From positions 83,204,001-83,268,000 of the forward strand of contig OX597821.1 in the NCBI GenBank assembly GCA_951406725.2: a stretch of 64,000 nt of DNA, read 5' to 3'. Under the pieces are notes generated by a model. The model was not told where the DNA came from and did not search any database. It saw nothing but the letters and a program-made list of their open reading frames with translations. Both the position numbers and the translations under genes were made by a program. This document shows, piece by piece, positions 1-11,233 of the stretch. Source of the stretch: Octopus vulgaris. Lineage: Eukaryota. Within the stretch, counting starts at the first letter, position 1, and every line of letters begins with the position of its first letter.

Positions 1-479
1 TGATCGTGAATGCAGCATGCTACGACATGTGGCCTCATGAATAAAACATATGCAATAAAACAGATAAAATAGTTAATTTCAAGATAACATTCTTTAAAGC
101 TAAACTAATATTATAATAAATTATTTTAAATAAATAATATAGAAAATAGAAATTTTACATTCTTAAATAGATAATATAGATATAAAAAAAACATTAATAA
201 ATATAATTAGATCTTTTAAAATAGATAATATAGATAATGAAACATAAATAAATATTATACTTAAATATTTCAAAATACATAATGTAGATAATAATATAAA
301 TAATTATATAAAAATAAACGATAATTATAAAAAGATAAAAATCTAAGATGTCATGACGAGTAGGTAGGTCAACCTACCTAAATGTGATTGAAAACGCGCA
401 AAGTAGTTTGGGTCAGAGAGCATCTCGTAGCACTAGGCTCCTACCAGACACTGAAATACATGAAAGTGAATGTGAGTAT

Positions 480-600
480 CCTTGGGGCTTGACTGTAAAA
501 GCACTTGCTCCCATCTTGCTCGAAAATTGCACAGCAGTAGTTCATAAACCGCTCCTGTATTGTTTAAACAAGGAATCTATCATTTGAGTGTTCCAAAAAG
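480..600 (+). mobile_element. Possible short LINE RT remnant
   Basis: APILLENCTAVVHKPLLYCLN resembles P..LK.CA..L..PL..LFN. Confidence 0.3.
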
Positions 601-952
601 TTGTTTTGTCCTTACTCCTCTTCAGTTCTACGTGAAGGCGGCATAAGTCTCCTCCTCCTCCTCCTCCTCACACTTTTCGACTTGCCTTCTCTCTGGTCGT
701 TTGACACTGCTGTTATTGGAACTTGGTGCTTAATAAAACTTTAGAAATGGACTAGATAGGCTAGTTTTAAGATTATTGCAGACAATACCGTGGTCTTCAA
801 CGATATACTAATTTTCGAATATCTCTTGAATTCCCGCGGTTCATTTCAGCCTCTGCGAACAAGAGATCGTCTTCATTGTTTCATTTGATGTCTTTTGTTA
901 GTTTTAAGATAAAAAAAACCAATGTTGTTCAGTTTTGATCAGTAGTTCTCAT

Positions 953-1113
953 AGGCGCAGGAGTGGCTGTGTGGTAAGTAGCTTGCTTCCCAACCACATG
1001 GTTCCGGGTTCAGTCTCACTGCGTGGCACCTTGGGTAAGTATCTTCTTTAGCCTCGGGCCGACTGAAGCCCTGTGAGTGGATTTGGTAGACGGAAACTGA
1101 AAAGAAGCCCGTC

Positions 1114-1168
<55 letters not shown>

Positions 1169-1415
1169 AATAATATATATATATATATATATATATTCGT
1201 GTGTGTGTTTGTGTGTCTGTGTTTGTCCCCCAACATCGCTTGACAACCGACGCTGGTGTGTTTATGTCCCCGTAACTTAGCGGTTCGGCAAGAGAGACCG
1301 ATGGAATAAGTACTAAGCTTACAAAGAATAAGTCCTGGGGTCGATTTCCTCGACTAAATGCAGTGCTCCAGCATGGCCGCAGTCAAATGACTGAAACAAG
1401 TAAAAGATTAAAAGA
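953..1415 (+). mobile_element. tRNA-derived SINE family A, full-length copy with internal (TA)n/(TG)n
   Basis: A-box TGGCTGTGTGGTAAG and B-box GGTTCAGTC, then body, internal microsatellite and tail ending GACTGAAACAAGTAAAAGA. Further copies or fragments lie near 1805-2165, 4365-4980, 7690-7825, 12180-12370, 13515-13925, 20430-21020, 22360-22520, 27375-27870, 28510-28945, 29585-30085, 31735-31870 and 41645-42185. Confidence 0.85.
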
Positions 1416-2296
1416 TTATTGAGTTCTTGGATGATTATCATGTGCCCGTTTGCCGAGGAAATCGTTGTTCTTATCCGCTATGAATATAATGATACAGGTG
1501 AAATGTAGCAAATTCGTATCCTGTCTCTAGCGCGTGGCTATGACATTAAGGAATTGCTCTGGGTCAAACTAACATGTTGTAGCGGCGGTAGCACAATAAA
1601 ATCGAATTGATTTGTTGATTAGTAGCGTTCAGTACCTGTTATAGACTGGAAATCGATCCAAGATGAAGATTTGTCTTATATCTATCGCAAGGTAAGTAAC
1701 TGCCTAACTGACAGGTCGTGGAGTCATATGAATTAAAATTTTTGTTTTGCTGACCACAGGCACTTACACTGGCCGCGTTCGAAAGTAATCTGAACAAGGT
1801 CCACGCATGGCTGTGGTTATTAAGCTGGCTTCCCGACCATGTGATCATGGTTTCAGTCCCATTGTGTGGCATGATATTTTCTATTATAGCCTCAGGCCAT
1901 CTAAAGCCTTGTGACTAGATTTGGTTGATGAAAACGGTAAGAAGCCCATCGTGTATGTACTATATATGTATGTGTGTGTGTGAGCGCGCGTGGACGTTTT
2001 TATGTTTACACTTTTCCACCACTTGACAAGTGGCGTTGGTTTGTTTACGTTCTCGTAACTTAGCGGTTCGGCAAAGAGACTAATAGAGTAATTGCCAGGC
2101 TTTAAAAGATACGTATGTCGCCTTGTTCGACTAAGACCCTAAAGATGGTGTGCATGGAAAAGATAAAATATAACAAAATAATAGTTTAGTCTAGATATAA
2201 TACAAGTGTCCTATTATTCAACTCCGTCCGTTTGATAATTCGATTGGTTGGACTTTTTTGAGGCCAGTTCATGAAAACACGAATCATGTCTCGACA

Positions 2297-2508
2297 TTAA
2301 CCCTTTCGCATTCAAACCGGCCACCTCTGGCCAAAATATATAACCTGTTTTATGCTCGGACTGACCAGATCTGGCCTCTCGCCTCAACCCCACAATGTCA
2401 TTCTAAAACTAAATAATTACATTATCGAAATCTCTAAACTTTATGATAATATATAATTAATTCAAAACAATATAGATAAACAAACACTACGTTTGACAGA
2501 ATAATCTG
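2297..2508 (+). mobile_element. Truncated piggyBac-like MITE end
   Basis: Begins TTAA|CCCTTT; the opposite end was not found. Confidence 0.35.
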
Positions 2509-2578
2509 TTGAATATTTTTAATTATATGCACTTCTATATATAATTATATTTATAATTATATGCACATCTATGTTGAC

Positions 2579-2774
2579 ATATTAATAGTTATCGCCAAGC
2601 TAATATGGCAGTCCATAAATATAGGACGAAAGCTGCCGTTGATTAGCTCCAAGAGGACGCAGGTTCGTGTGTCACATAGCTAGCTAGAGGCGATGGCCTC
2701 TTGGAGCTAATCAACAGCAGCTTTCGTCCTATATTTATGGACTGCCATATTAGCTTGGCGATAACTATTAATAT
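2579..2774. repeat. Near-perfect inverted repeat (78-bp arms, 40-nt loop)
   Basis: 2579-2656 is the reverse complement of 2697-2774 with one mismatch. Confidence 0.95.
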
Positions 2775-4536
2775 CGAGTATCGTTGCCGTAGTCTCCTTT
2801 AGAGAGACTTAGATATAATAATATTTCTATGCTGACATATTCACCCCCAAAGTAATTTTTAGCCAGTTACTACATAATGTAGCAAAAAAAATCCATTGGT
2901 TTTAGGGCGACGTGGTCTAACCTTATCTACGTTCATGATGGACTCTCCTACCACAAACGAAAGATGAGGGTTCAACAACCTTTTGTTGAACAATATGTAC
3001 AGAATATTTGCTTATAATGTTTAAATGTTTGTCTTGTACATTAGCTCGCTCTGTCCATCAAATCGACATTCCCTGTATGGATGGATGCACGGTGTTTCAT
3101 GCGTCAGATATCAAACTGACCGCAGACTGACATGTAATGAAAGAGTTTTGCTCATGAACACAACAGACAGCCCAGTCTGAGAATTTGAGACGCGATTTTA
3201 CGATCGTGAGTCAGCACCTTAGCCATTTGACCCCCCTCCACACACACACATGCGCGCGCAAGCATATCTATATATATGTATGTTTAGGAAGCTTAGAAAT
3301 TTCACTGAACGCAACTTGAAATTTGATGTGACGGATTGTTTGACGGCAATGAAAATTGGAACGCAGACGGTATTGTATTTAGTTTTTCGTGTGGAAAAAA
3401 AATTATATGAAAAATTTCCAACATAAAATCTTTGTTGGAAAAATGCACGAAAAGGAAGAAAAGGGGGAAACCCCGGGACAAAACTTCGGCCCGTCCACCC
3501 CACCAGAAAAAAAATAACACCCTTTAAAAAATGTTTTTCTTTTCGACATGACTCACCCCCTTTTCCGCTACGGGGAATACAAATCTGCAAAAATGATGGC
3601 AAAAATCGACAATTCAAAATTACCACCTCCACCTCCATTTCCTTCATTTTTAACTGTTTTTCACAATTTTTTTCTCTCAAAATATGCGGGAAAATACGGA
3701 GATTATGATTCTGAAAAAAATTTCCAAAATTCTTTGTAAAATCTTTTTTTTTCAGAATTTTTTTTTTTCTAAATATGCGGAAAAATATGGACATCATATT
3801 TCGGACAAAAATGTCAAAACATTTCTGTACTTACGGTTACGGTTTTAGGGTTAGGGTTAGGGTTTTAGGGTTAATGTTGGGGGAAAAGTCAAAATTGAAG
3901 AAGTTGGGGGGAAAGAGGGCGAAAAAATTTCACAATGCCGATTTTTGGCAATTTTCCGGAACCTCCGTATCCGAAAACGGGGATTTTTAGCAAAAAAAAT
4001 TAACAAAATAAACAAATTTGGGAGAATATGGGGGAGATGGACAGAAGTCTTTCCAACCCCGAAAACATATCCCCGTTTTTACCTTTACTTAACTGTTTAA
4101 TTATTTATTTTTCTTCTATTTTTCTTAATTTCTCACCTGTTTCGTACATTTTACGTATTTCTTATACGGCTTCTTCCCTCACTAAAAACAACCTATACTG
4201 ACTGCTTTCGCTCCAATCTTCATTTTTGCAGCCGTCCTAAGCTCCGAACCAGTGACAGTTAAGTTTTCGGCAAATATATTAAATCTCTTTATCACGTAAC
4301 GAGTACTCTTTCTCTTTTGGTTCGGGCAATACTTTGAAGTGTAGAACACAGACACACTGCTGTAGCTGTGTGAGTAAGAAGTTTATTTCCCAAGCAGATG
4401 GTTCCTCATTCGGTCCCTCCGCGTGGCACTTTAAGGCATGTATCTTTTAATACAGTTCCGGGATGACCAAAGCTTTGAGTGGATTTAATCAACAGAAACT
4501 GAAAGATGCCCGTCGTGTATATATAGGAATATATCT

Positions 4537-4766
4537 ATTTCTTTACTACCTACAAGGGGCTAAACACAGAGAGGACAAACAAGGATAGACAAACGGATTA
4601 AGTCGATTATATTGACCCCAGTGCGTAACTGGTACTTATTTAATCGACCCCGAAAGTATGAAAGGCAAAGTCGACCTCGGCGGAATTTGAACTCAAAACG
4701 TAACGGCAGACAAAATACGGCTACGCATTTCGCCCGGCGTGCTAACGTTTCTGCCAGATCGCCGCC
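4537..4766 (-). mobile_element. SINE family B (GGCGGCGAGCTGGCAGAAACG head; GTCGACTTTGCCTTTCATCCTTTCGGGGTCGATAAA central domain)
   Basis: Pol III-like head with B-box GAGTTCAAATTCC. Other copies at 10720-11113 (dimer), 12625-12854, 22100-22254, 22868-23055, 38120-38330, 45215-45603 (dimer) and 59192-59330. Confidence 0.85.
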
Positions 4767-4992
4767 TATGTGTGCATGTGTGGTGGTACTTCAGTTTCTC
4801 CTGCACCAACGCCTGACGTCCGATGCTGGTTTGTTTACGCCTTCGTAACACAGCTGTTTGGTAAAAAAAAAAGACCGATAGCGTAACTAAGAGGCTTCTA
4901 AAAACATAAGTAATGGGGTCTACTAAAAACCCTTCAAGACAGTGTCCCAGCTTGGCTGCAGACCAATGATTGAAGCAAGTAAAAGATAAAAG

Positions 4993-5049
<57 letters not shown>

Positions 5050-5097
5050 CATATGTGTATAATAAACGCACACACACACACATAAATGTGTATATAA

Positions 5098-5127
<30 letters not shown>

Positions 5128-5131
<4 letters not shown>

Positions 5132-5292
5132 ACGAAGACAGGTGGTGTAGACAAGCAAATGTATTAGTATAACGCTCGGGAAGTGAAAAAGTCTGTAACG
5201 TTTCGAGCCTACGCCCTTCCACAGAAAGGAACACAGAAAGAAACAAGGAGAGAAAATAAAGAATGTGTAGAGGCTAGTGATCTATCATGGTG
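5128..5292 (-). mobile_element. Penelope-like terminal-repeat fragment with hammerhead-like motif
   Basis: Homologous to 7871-8027, 12465-12612 and 25932-26035, and related to 13255-13430. Flanked by (TA)n. Motif CTGTGGA-A-GGGC-GTAG-GCTC-GAAACGTT. Confidence 0.55.
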
Positions 5293-5299
5293 AATCAAC

Positions 5300-5344
<45 letters not shown>

Positions 5345-5918
5345 TACAAAGGGTGAAGGAGGCGCAAGCATGTGTGAATGTGTTACGCATATTTAGGTAG
5401 GAGTGTGCGCGCGTGTGTGTAGCCTTGTATCAATACAAACAAAATCATTTGTTTACTACTGCTATCTAATTACTAATACACTATTTCTCTGTCAACGAAA
5501 TGCAAGCGTTCAATTAATTAATGTCATTAATCCAGCACGCATCGACCTTTCACATAATCCGGGACAGATATGTAATTAAAATGAAACGTAATTTCGTAAT
5601 CTAATCAACATAAAATAATAAACACAGACAGTTGCTTTTTATTTTGTTTTGATTTATTTTTATATCGTAATTTGTGAAAAATGACATTTTCGGCTTTGGT
5701 TACGGGTTCTTGGATACCCAGTGCCTGCTTCTCTGAACTTGGGATTGTGAGGATGGAAAGGGGAGCAAATGTGCAACTTGGGTGGAACAAACAATAAATA
5801 AGGAGAAGTAGGGAATCAGTCAAAAAAGATGGCGGTCAGAAAAGTGAAAGAACGGTGAGAGATCAAAAATAATTTCCCGACTTCGTTGATCAAGGATCAG
5901 ATGAAAAAAATTGTATAT

Positions 5919-6023
5919 ATATCACGTTGAAAACACCGGTTCTCGTAGAGTCACCGAAGTTAAGTAACGACGAGCCTAGTTAGTACTTGGGTAACCGCTT
6001 GAGAAAACCTTGGTGCTGTAAGC
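5919..6023 (+). pseudogene. 5S rRNA pseudogene (5' truncated, diverged)
   Basis: ATATCACGTTGAAAACACCGGTTCTCGT..TCACCGAAGTTAAG.AACG.CGAGCC..GTTAGTACTTGG...ACCGC.TG.GAA.ACC..GGTGCTGTA.GC follows the invertebrate 5S sequence. It lacks the first ~10 nt, has a small internal deletion and has no oligo-T terminator. Confidence 0.85.
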
Positions 6024-6198
6024 AAAATCTTTAGTTTAAGGAGGTGCCCCGGCATGACCGTAGTCTAATGGCTGAAACATTTAGAAGATATTAATATTAA
6101 TATTGGTATATTGATATATACTCCAGACAATTTTTACCATCCATCGTAGAGAACACGGAATTACCCATTGGAAGAATTCACGAAGTGACAAACAGCTA

Positions 6199-6377
6199 CT
6201 GTATTTTAACGGGTAAAAGGAATCCTCGTGTATAAGGAACGCCCTTATTTTGGGGGTTTAAAATTTGGAAAAAAGGTTTTGTAAAGGATTATAATACTAT
6301 CCATGTATAAGAAACTCCCATATTCTTTTAACCTAATTTTTGATGAAAAATAATTCCTTATACACGTTAAAACACGG
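6199..6377. mobile_element. Tc1/mariner/pogo-type MITE
   Basis: TA|CTGTATTTTAACGGGTAAAAGGAAT ... ATTCCTTATACACGTTAAAACACGG|TA. Confidence 0.7.
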
Positions 6378-7819
6378 TAATTGTAGACAGAGATGTTGAA
6401 TCCTGATCGTTGAGGTTAGCCGTGAACCGAAACTCAACTGAGAGCTAATACGGTATCCGCCCGCATAATATGTCCCTTCAAACTCACATGACCTAGTGAT
6501 TAGGGTGTTGCACTCACGAGCGCAAGATCTTTGTTTTTGGTTCCCTGGACGGGGCTGTATATTTTGCTCTTGTGCAAAACACTTAATCTCACGCTGATCT
6601 GCGATCACTTCGACATCTGGCGCGTGGAACCCCGTGAACCTGTACAGACAATGTCGATTCGATGGCGTGAGTGAACTAATACACTGCAAAAACATTTGAT
6701 TTCTATTTACAAACCATCCTTTGTGCTCCCAACCGACGCTTCCCAGAACAGGTTGCAGGCTTACTGCTGGTTATTCCGGTATTGGGCGGAAGCTGCAATC
6801 CATATTTTTCGAATGGATCTCTTTCTCTGGGATCCGAAGGCGTCCCTTGTTAACCCGCACAATTAATGATGCGGTAAGGTTGTTCTTTTGAACTTCTTTT
6901 TTTATTGCAGTTTTTAGATGTCTTATTGGGGTCGGACACCAAACTGGTATTTGTATTTGATCCGCAAAACTTTTGCACTGTAAGAAATTGCGTATGTCGT
7001 CTACGACGGGACATTTCCTTATCTATGTACAGTTAACCTAAGGTATATTGCGAGTCCTCAGTCTCATTATCGCGTTTTCCTTGGCGTAAGAGTGACCGGG
7101 GTGACAGTCTGCCGTAGGATCAACCGCCAGCTGTTGATGGTAATAATTTTCAGCTCAGTAAGGGAAACGTGAAATGAAGTGCTTTATTTAAGAATACAAC
7201 GCGCCGCCAGGTGTGAGAATCGAAACCCTGACCCACGAACTCGAAACCAATATCCAAAAAAAGCACTAAGCCACGTGCCTTCGCATGCACTCACGCACAT
7301 ACACACGCACACTCACACACACACAGTTATACACATATATCGGATTGTACTTGTCAAACATGTGACTTCATCTGAGACCTTGTGTTGAGGTTGAAGGAAC
7401 TACATCATGGAAGAGTCATTTGGTAACATACAAAACTGTTTAAATTCTCTTTAAACTTAAATCTAAACGAGGTGTCAAATGTGTAAACTGTGTCAATGAC
7501 CTGGACGTAGTAGCTGTGTGAGACTTCATGAAATATATTTAAATTTAAAGGGAATTTCAGTTTTGTGTGCTATTAAATAGCTCTTCAGTGATCTAGTTGC
7601 TTTCTCTTTCTTTCTATCTCTCTGTTAATGCGCGCGCAATCGTGACTATGCGATAATACTAGTGAAATTAATGTGTGTGGTGCTCAGGTGTACTACAGCA
7701 TGCTTGCTTTCCAATTATATGGTTTCTGGTTCAGTCACACTGCGTGGCCTTGAGCAAGTATGTTCTACTATAGCCCCCGAGTTGATCAAAGCCTTGTAAG
7801 TGGATTTGGTAGACGGAAA

Positions 7820-7870
<51 letters not shown>

Positions 7871-7874
<4 letters not shown>

Positions 7875-8023
7875 GGAAAGTTTACGAAAATAAACAAAAG
7901 ACGAAGGCAGGTGGTGTACAAACAAACAGATGTATTAGTATAGCGCTCAGGAATAGAAAAAGTCTTTTACGTTTCGAGCCTACGCTCTTCTACAGAAAGG
8001 TACACAGAAAAAACAAGGAGAGA

Positions 8024-8027
<4 letters not shown>
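7871..8027 (-). mobile_element. Penelope-like terminal-repeat fragment with hammerhead-like motif
   Basis: CTTT-CTGTAGA-A-GAGC-GTAG-GCTC-GAAACGT-A-AAAG, embedded in (TA)n. Confidence 0.55.
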
Positions 8028-8061
<34 letters not shown>

Positions 8062-8567
8062 GTTTGTTAGCATGTATACAACACCCGTGTTTATGTACAC
8101 GCATGAGTGTGCGTGCCTTGACAGTGTTATGCCTATACAAGTAAGTGTTGGTATACTTTTGGGCCTTTTCGATATCACACGTGCAATATCGTATTTATCG
8201 TAAAACCCATCTTTCCTCTGATATTTGTGTGTTGTATATGTCTTTGAACATGCATATGTATGCATATCACAGTACCGTGTTGCAATGCAATGCAATGCAG
8301 AGATTCTCATCGCAGCTGACGCTACTATTACAACATTTTTGTGCTTTGTAAAGACGACATATTTGCTCAAACAATACTTTAATATCACATTATTTCATAT
8401 AAGGTCTATAACAAAAAATTACTAAAAAAGATAAAGGTGTTCTTGTTGAAAGTTGTAAATGGCGGTGCCCCAGCATGGCCACAGCTCGTGAGCTGAAACT
8501 AGAATCAATCATATATATTTTAGATTACACTTTGCGAAGTGTCTTCATTGTTCATCTCAATCAGCTG

Positions 8568-9371
8568 GGATCTTTTCCTTTTGAACGGCAGTTTTCGACA
8601 CAATTTCTAGTTAACTAAACACTTTAAAACTTCGTTTACTGGTAGAATGTGTCAAAATAAAACATTTTTTTCTCTTGGCTTTCTTGAGAAAATTGTAATT
8701 TGTAAGTTTAACGTAGTTTAAATTTTCGAATTTTAACCAATCGATTGCCTCTGTTTAGCTAAAATCATTTGTTGCGTCTAAAACTGAGACAACATCCTGT
8801 CACCTACCCTAACCCTAACCTTACACTAACCCTAACCCTAACCCTAACCCTAACCCTAACCCCAACCCTAACACTAACCTTAACCCTAACCCTAAATTTT
8901 AGCCTTTCGTTTTTTTTTTCTTAATTGTTAAATTAATTTAATTATTACGCGTGTGTCTAAAATTATTCGTTTTGGTTTTGTTTTGAGATACACGTGTATT
9001 GTTTAAACTATTTTCCATTGCTTAAGAAAAAAAAAACGAAAGGCTAAAACGAAAGCAATGGAAAATAATTTAAACAATTAACAAACAAAATAATTCTATA
9101 ATTTTATACACACGCTTTCCAAACGTAAACATAACAGTGACAAGATGTTGTCTCAGTTTTAGACGCAGCAAATGATTTTAGCTCAATAGAGGCGATTCAT
9201 TGGTTAAAATTCGAAAAATTAAACTACGTTAAACAAACAAATTACAATTTTCTCAAGAAAGCCAAGACAAAAAATGTTTTATTTTGACACATTCTACCAG
9301 TAAACGAAGTTTTAAAGTGTTTAGTTGACCAGAAATTGTGTTGAAAACTGCCGTTCAAAAGGAAAAGATCC
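8568..9371. mobile_element. Non-autonomous foldback DNA transposon (Merlin-like) with ~235-bp TIRs and internal telomeric repeats
   Basis: TIRs 8568-8803 and 9137-9371 begin GGATCTTTTCCTTTTGAACGGCAG. There is a perfect 8-bp TSD ATCAGCTG at 8560-8567 and 9372-9379, and (CCCTAA)n at 8807-8895. Confidence 0.88.
8807..8895. repeat. Interstitial telomeric repeat (CCCTAA)~15 with variants
   Basis: Direct reading of ccctaa units. Confidence 0.95.
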
Positions 9372-10719
9372 ATCAGCTGGAATGTTTATACAGAAGGATA
9401 CTCAATATTTGCAGTTAGACGACCAGAAATCACTTCAGAAATTTCGCGAGCAGTGAATAGACACATTTGTGATGTATACAGAGAAGCAGATTCCGGGTGA
9501 AGCCGGCTTTCGAAATAAAGGGAAGCAACTACAGTAGATGCACCTTTGTTACTGCGAAGTCCTCTTGTAGTTGTATTGAAAATATATAAACTGTCCACTC
9601 CCAGTGAACTGTGGTTAAAATTCGAAAGAGACTTGCTCCATAAACATAAGCAACAAGTACAGAAACATAATCTTGAGGTTGGTGCCTTTTTCAGTATGTC
9701 TTTCATTGCTATTGAGTTTTGGCTATGGATGGAGGCGTTTGCATAAATACAGTTTGGCAACCAGCCGTTGAGCGAAGTTCTGGCTCAATATAATTCTAAA
9801 AGTCATTCTAAGCTACTTGATTTAAAAAAAAAAAAGAAATTAAAAAAGTTGGATTGATGTTGTTGATGGACCTGGAAGAACAAAGAAATCCTTTCTTTTA
9901 AGAGTTATTACTGATAGAAGTAAGAAAATATGGGGAAACTACCGGAGCAGTTGCATCTTCGTGTATTCCTGCAACACCGCTGCTGGGAGGCAACGCAACA
10001 CACAACGCATTCAAACTACTATTGAACTTGATCATTCCGAGGCCATGGCAATGGAGCGTGTGTGTGTGTAGGGGGGGTTCTGCAAGTTATAACGTTGTAG
10101 GATTGATCTCCAAATCACGGAGTTGCGAAGCAAACTTTCTAACCACAAAGCCATGCCTGGCTCTTCATTTCGCTGCTTTTGATCCTACAGATCAACACAC
10201 ACTAAGCAGACGTGTGATTGAAATCATTCTAGCCTTGCCCATTCCGCCTGTTTCCTGACTAGTGCAACTCAGGCCAATTTATCCAATGTCCATCTCTTCT
10301 AAGAGCGGTCATTTTTTTTTTCTCTAATCTCAGAATATCTTAGACTATATTACTTTATTGTATTGCTTTCTTATTCATTTTTCTTTTTTAGACCATAATC
10401 TGTGATCTGGTGATGCTTTCTAGAAGGTGCAGCGAACGAATAAGCTACCCTCGCTGGGGCTGTCTAGAGTTGCTGGGGCCTATACATGCTGCTGTTATGA
10501 TAATTGCTGTTGTTTTACCCTAGGCGGAGCCCGAATGAAGATCCAATGGTCAAAGATGGACAAACCATGATTATGGTGCCTTTTAAAAAGAAAATATATA
10601 ACAGGGAATACATTACGGAATGTGACCTTCTCCTTTTAAGACGGTACGGTGTGGTCTGAGGGACATTTGACGGCTATTTCTAGCAGAGTGAGCGACCGTG
10701 GAGAGCTTCCCGCGAGATA

Positions 10720-11113
10720 CTTTTCTACTCTAGGTACAAGACCCAAAATTTTGTGGGAGGGGGCCAATCTATTAGATCGACCCCTGTACGCAACTGGTAC
10801 TTAATTTATAGACCCCGAAAGAAAAAAAGCAATGTCGACCTCGGCGGGATTTGAACTCAGAACGTAAAGACAGACGAAATACATATTTCTTTACTACCAA
10901 CAAGGGGCTGAACACAGAGGGTACAAACAAGGACAGATAAACTGATTAAGTCGATTATATTGACCTCAGTGCGTAACTGGTCCTCAATTTATCGACTCCG
11001 AAAGGATGAAAGGCAAAGTCGACCTCGGCGGAATTTGAACTCAGAACGTAGCGGCAGATGAAATACTGCTAAGCATTTCGCCCGGCGTGCTAACGTCTCT
11101 GCCAGCTCGCCGC
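10720..11113 (-). mobile_element. SINE family B tandem dimer
   Basis: Two consecutive copies of the B-box/central domain, with different 3' tails. Confidence 0.75.
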
Positions 11114-11199
11114 CTTGGCCTCCCGCGCGTTACTGTCTCCACAAGTAACGCACCACCACCATCTCCGCCGTCGCCAACAGTAACGCCACCACAGATACC

Positions 11200-11233
<34 letters not shown>

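Larger units (their letters stand above)
8130..9780 (+). pseudogene. Decayed Helitron RepHel fragment, interrupted by a SINE piece (~8455-8510) and a MITE (8568-9371)
   Basis: Plus-strand translations include ..LCKDDIFAQTIL.., and DYTLRSVFIVHLNQL|ECLY reads through once the MITE is removed. Further on are RAVNRHICDVYREA and REATTVDAPLLLRSPLVVVLKIYKLSTPSELWLKFERDL. These resemble RepHel motifs D.FA.TLLY, LGRVY.VHP...ECFYLR, RTV.G....TYREAC and EA.....P..LR.LF..IL..C.PS.P..LW.KF. Many stops and frameshifts. Confidence 0.65.

Noticed and set aside
3219-3797. 192-aa ORF
   Set aside because: F/K-rich product of homopolymer runs in a repeat-like block; no motif.
9386-9760. 124-aa minus-strand ORF as a host exon
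   Set aside because: It is antisense to the Helitron-like remnant and has no convincing splice sites or homology.
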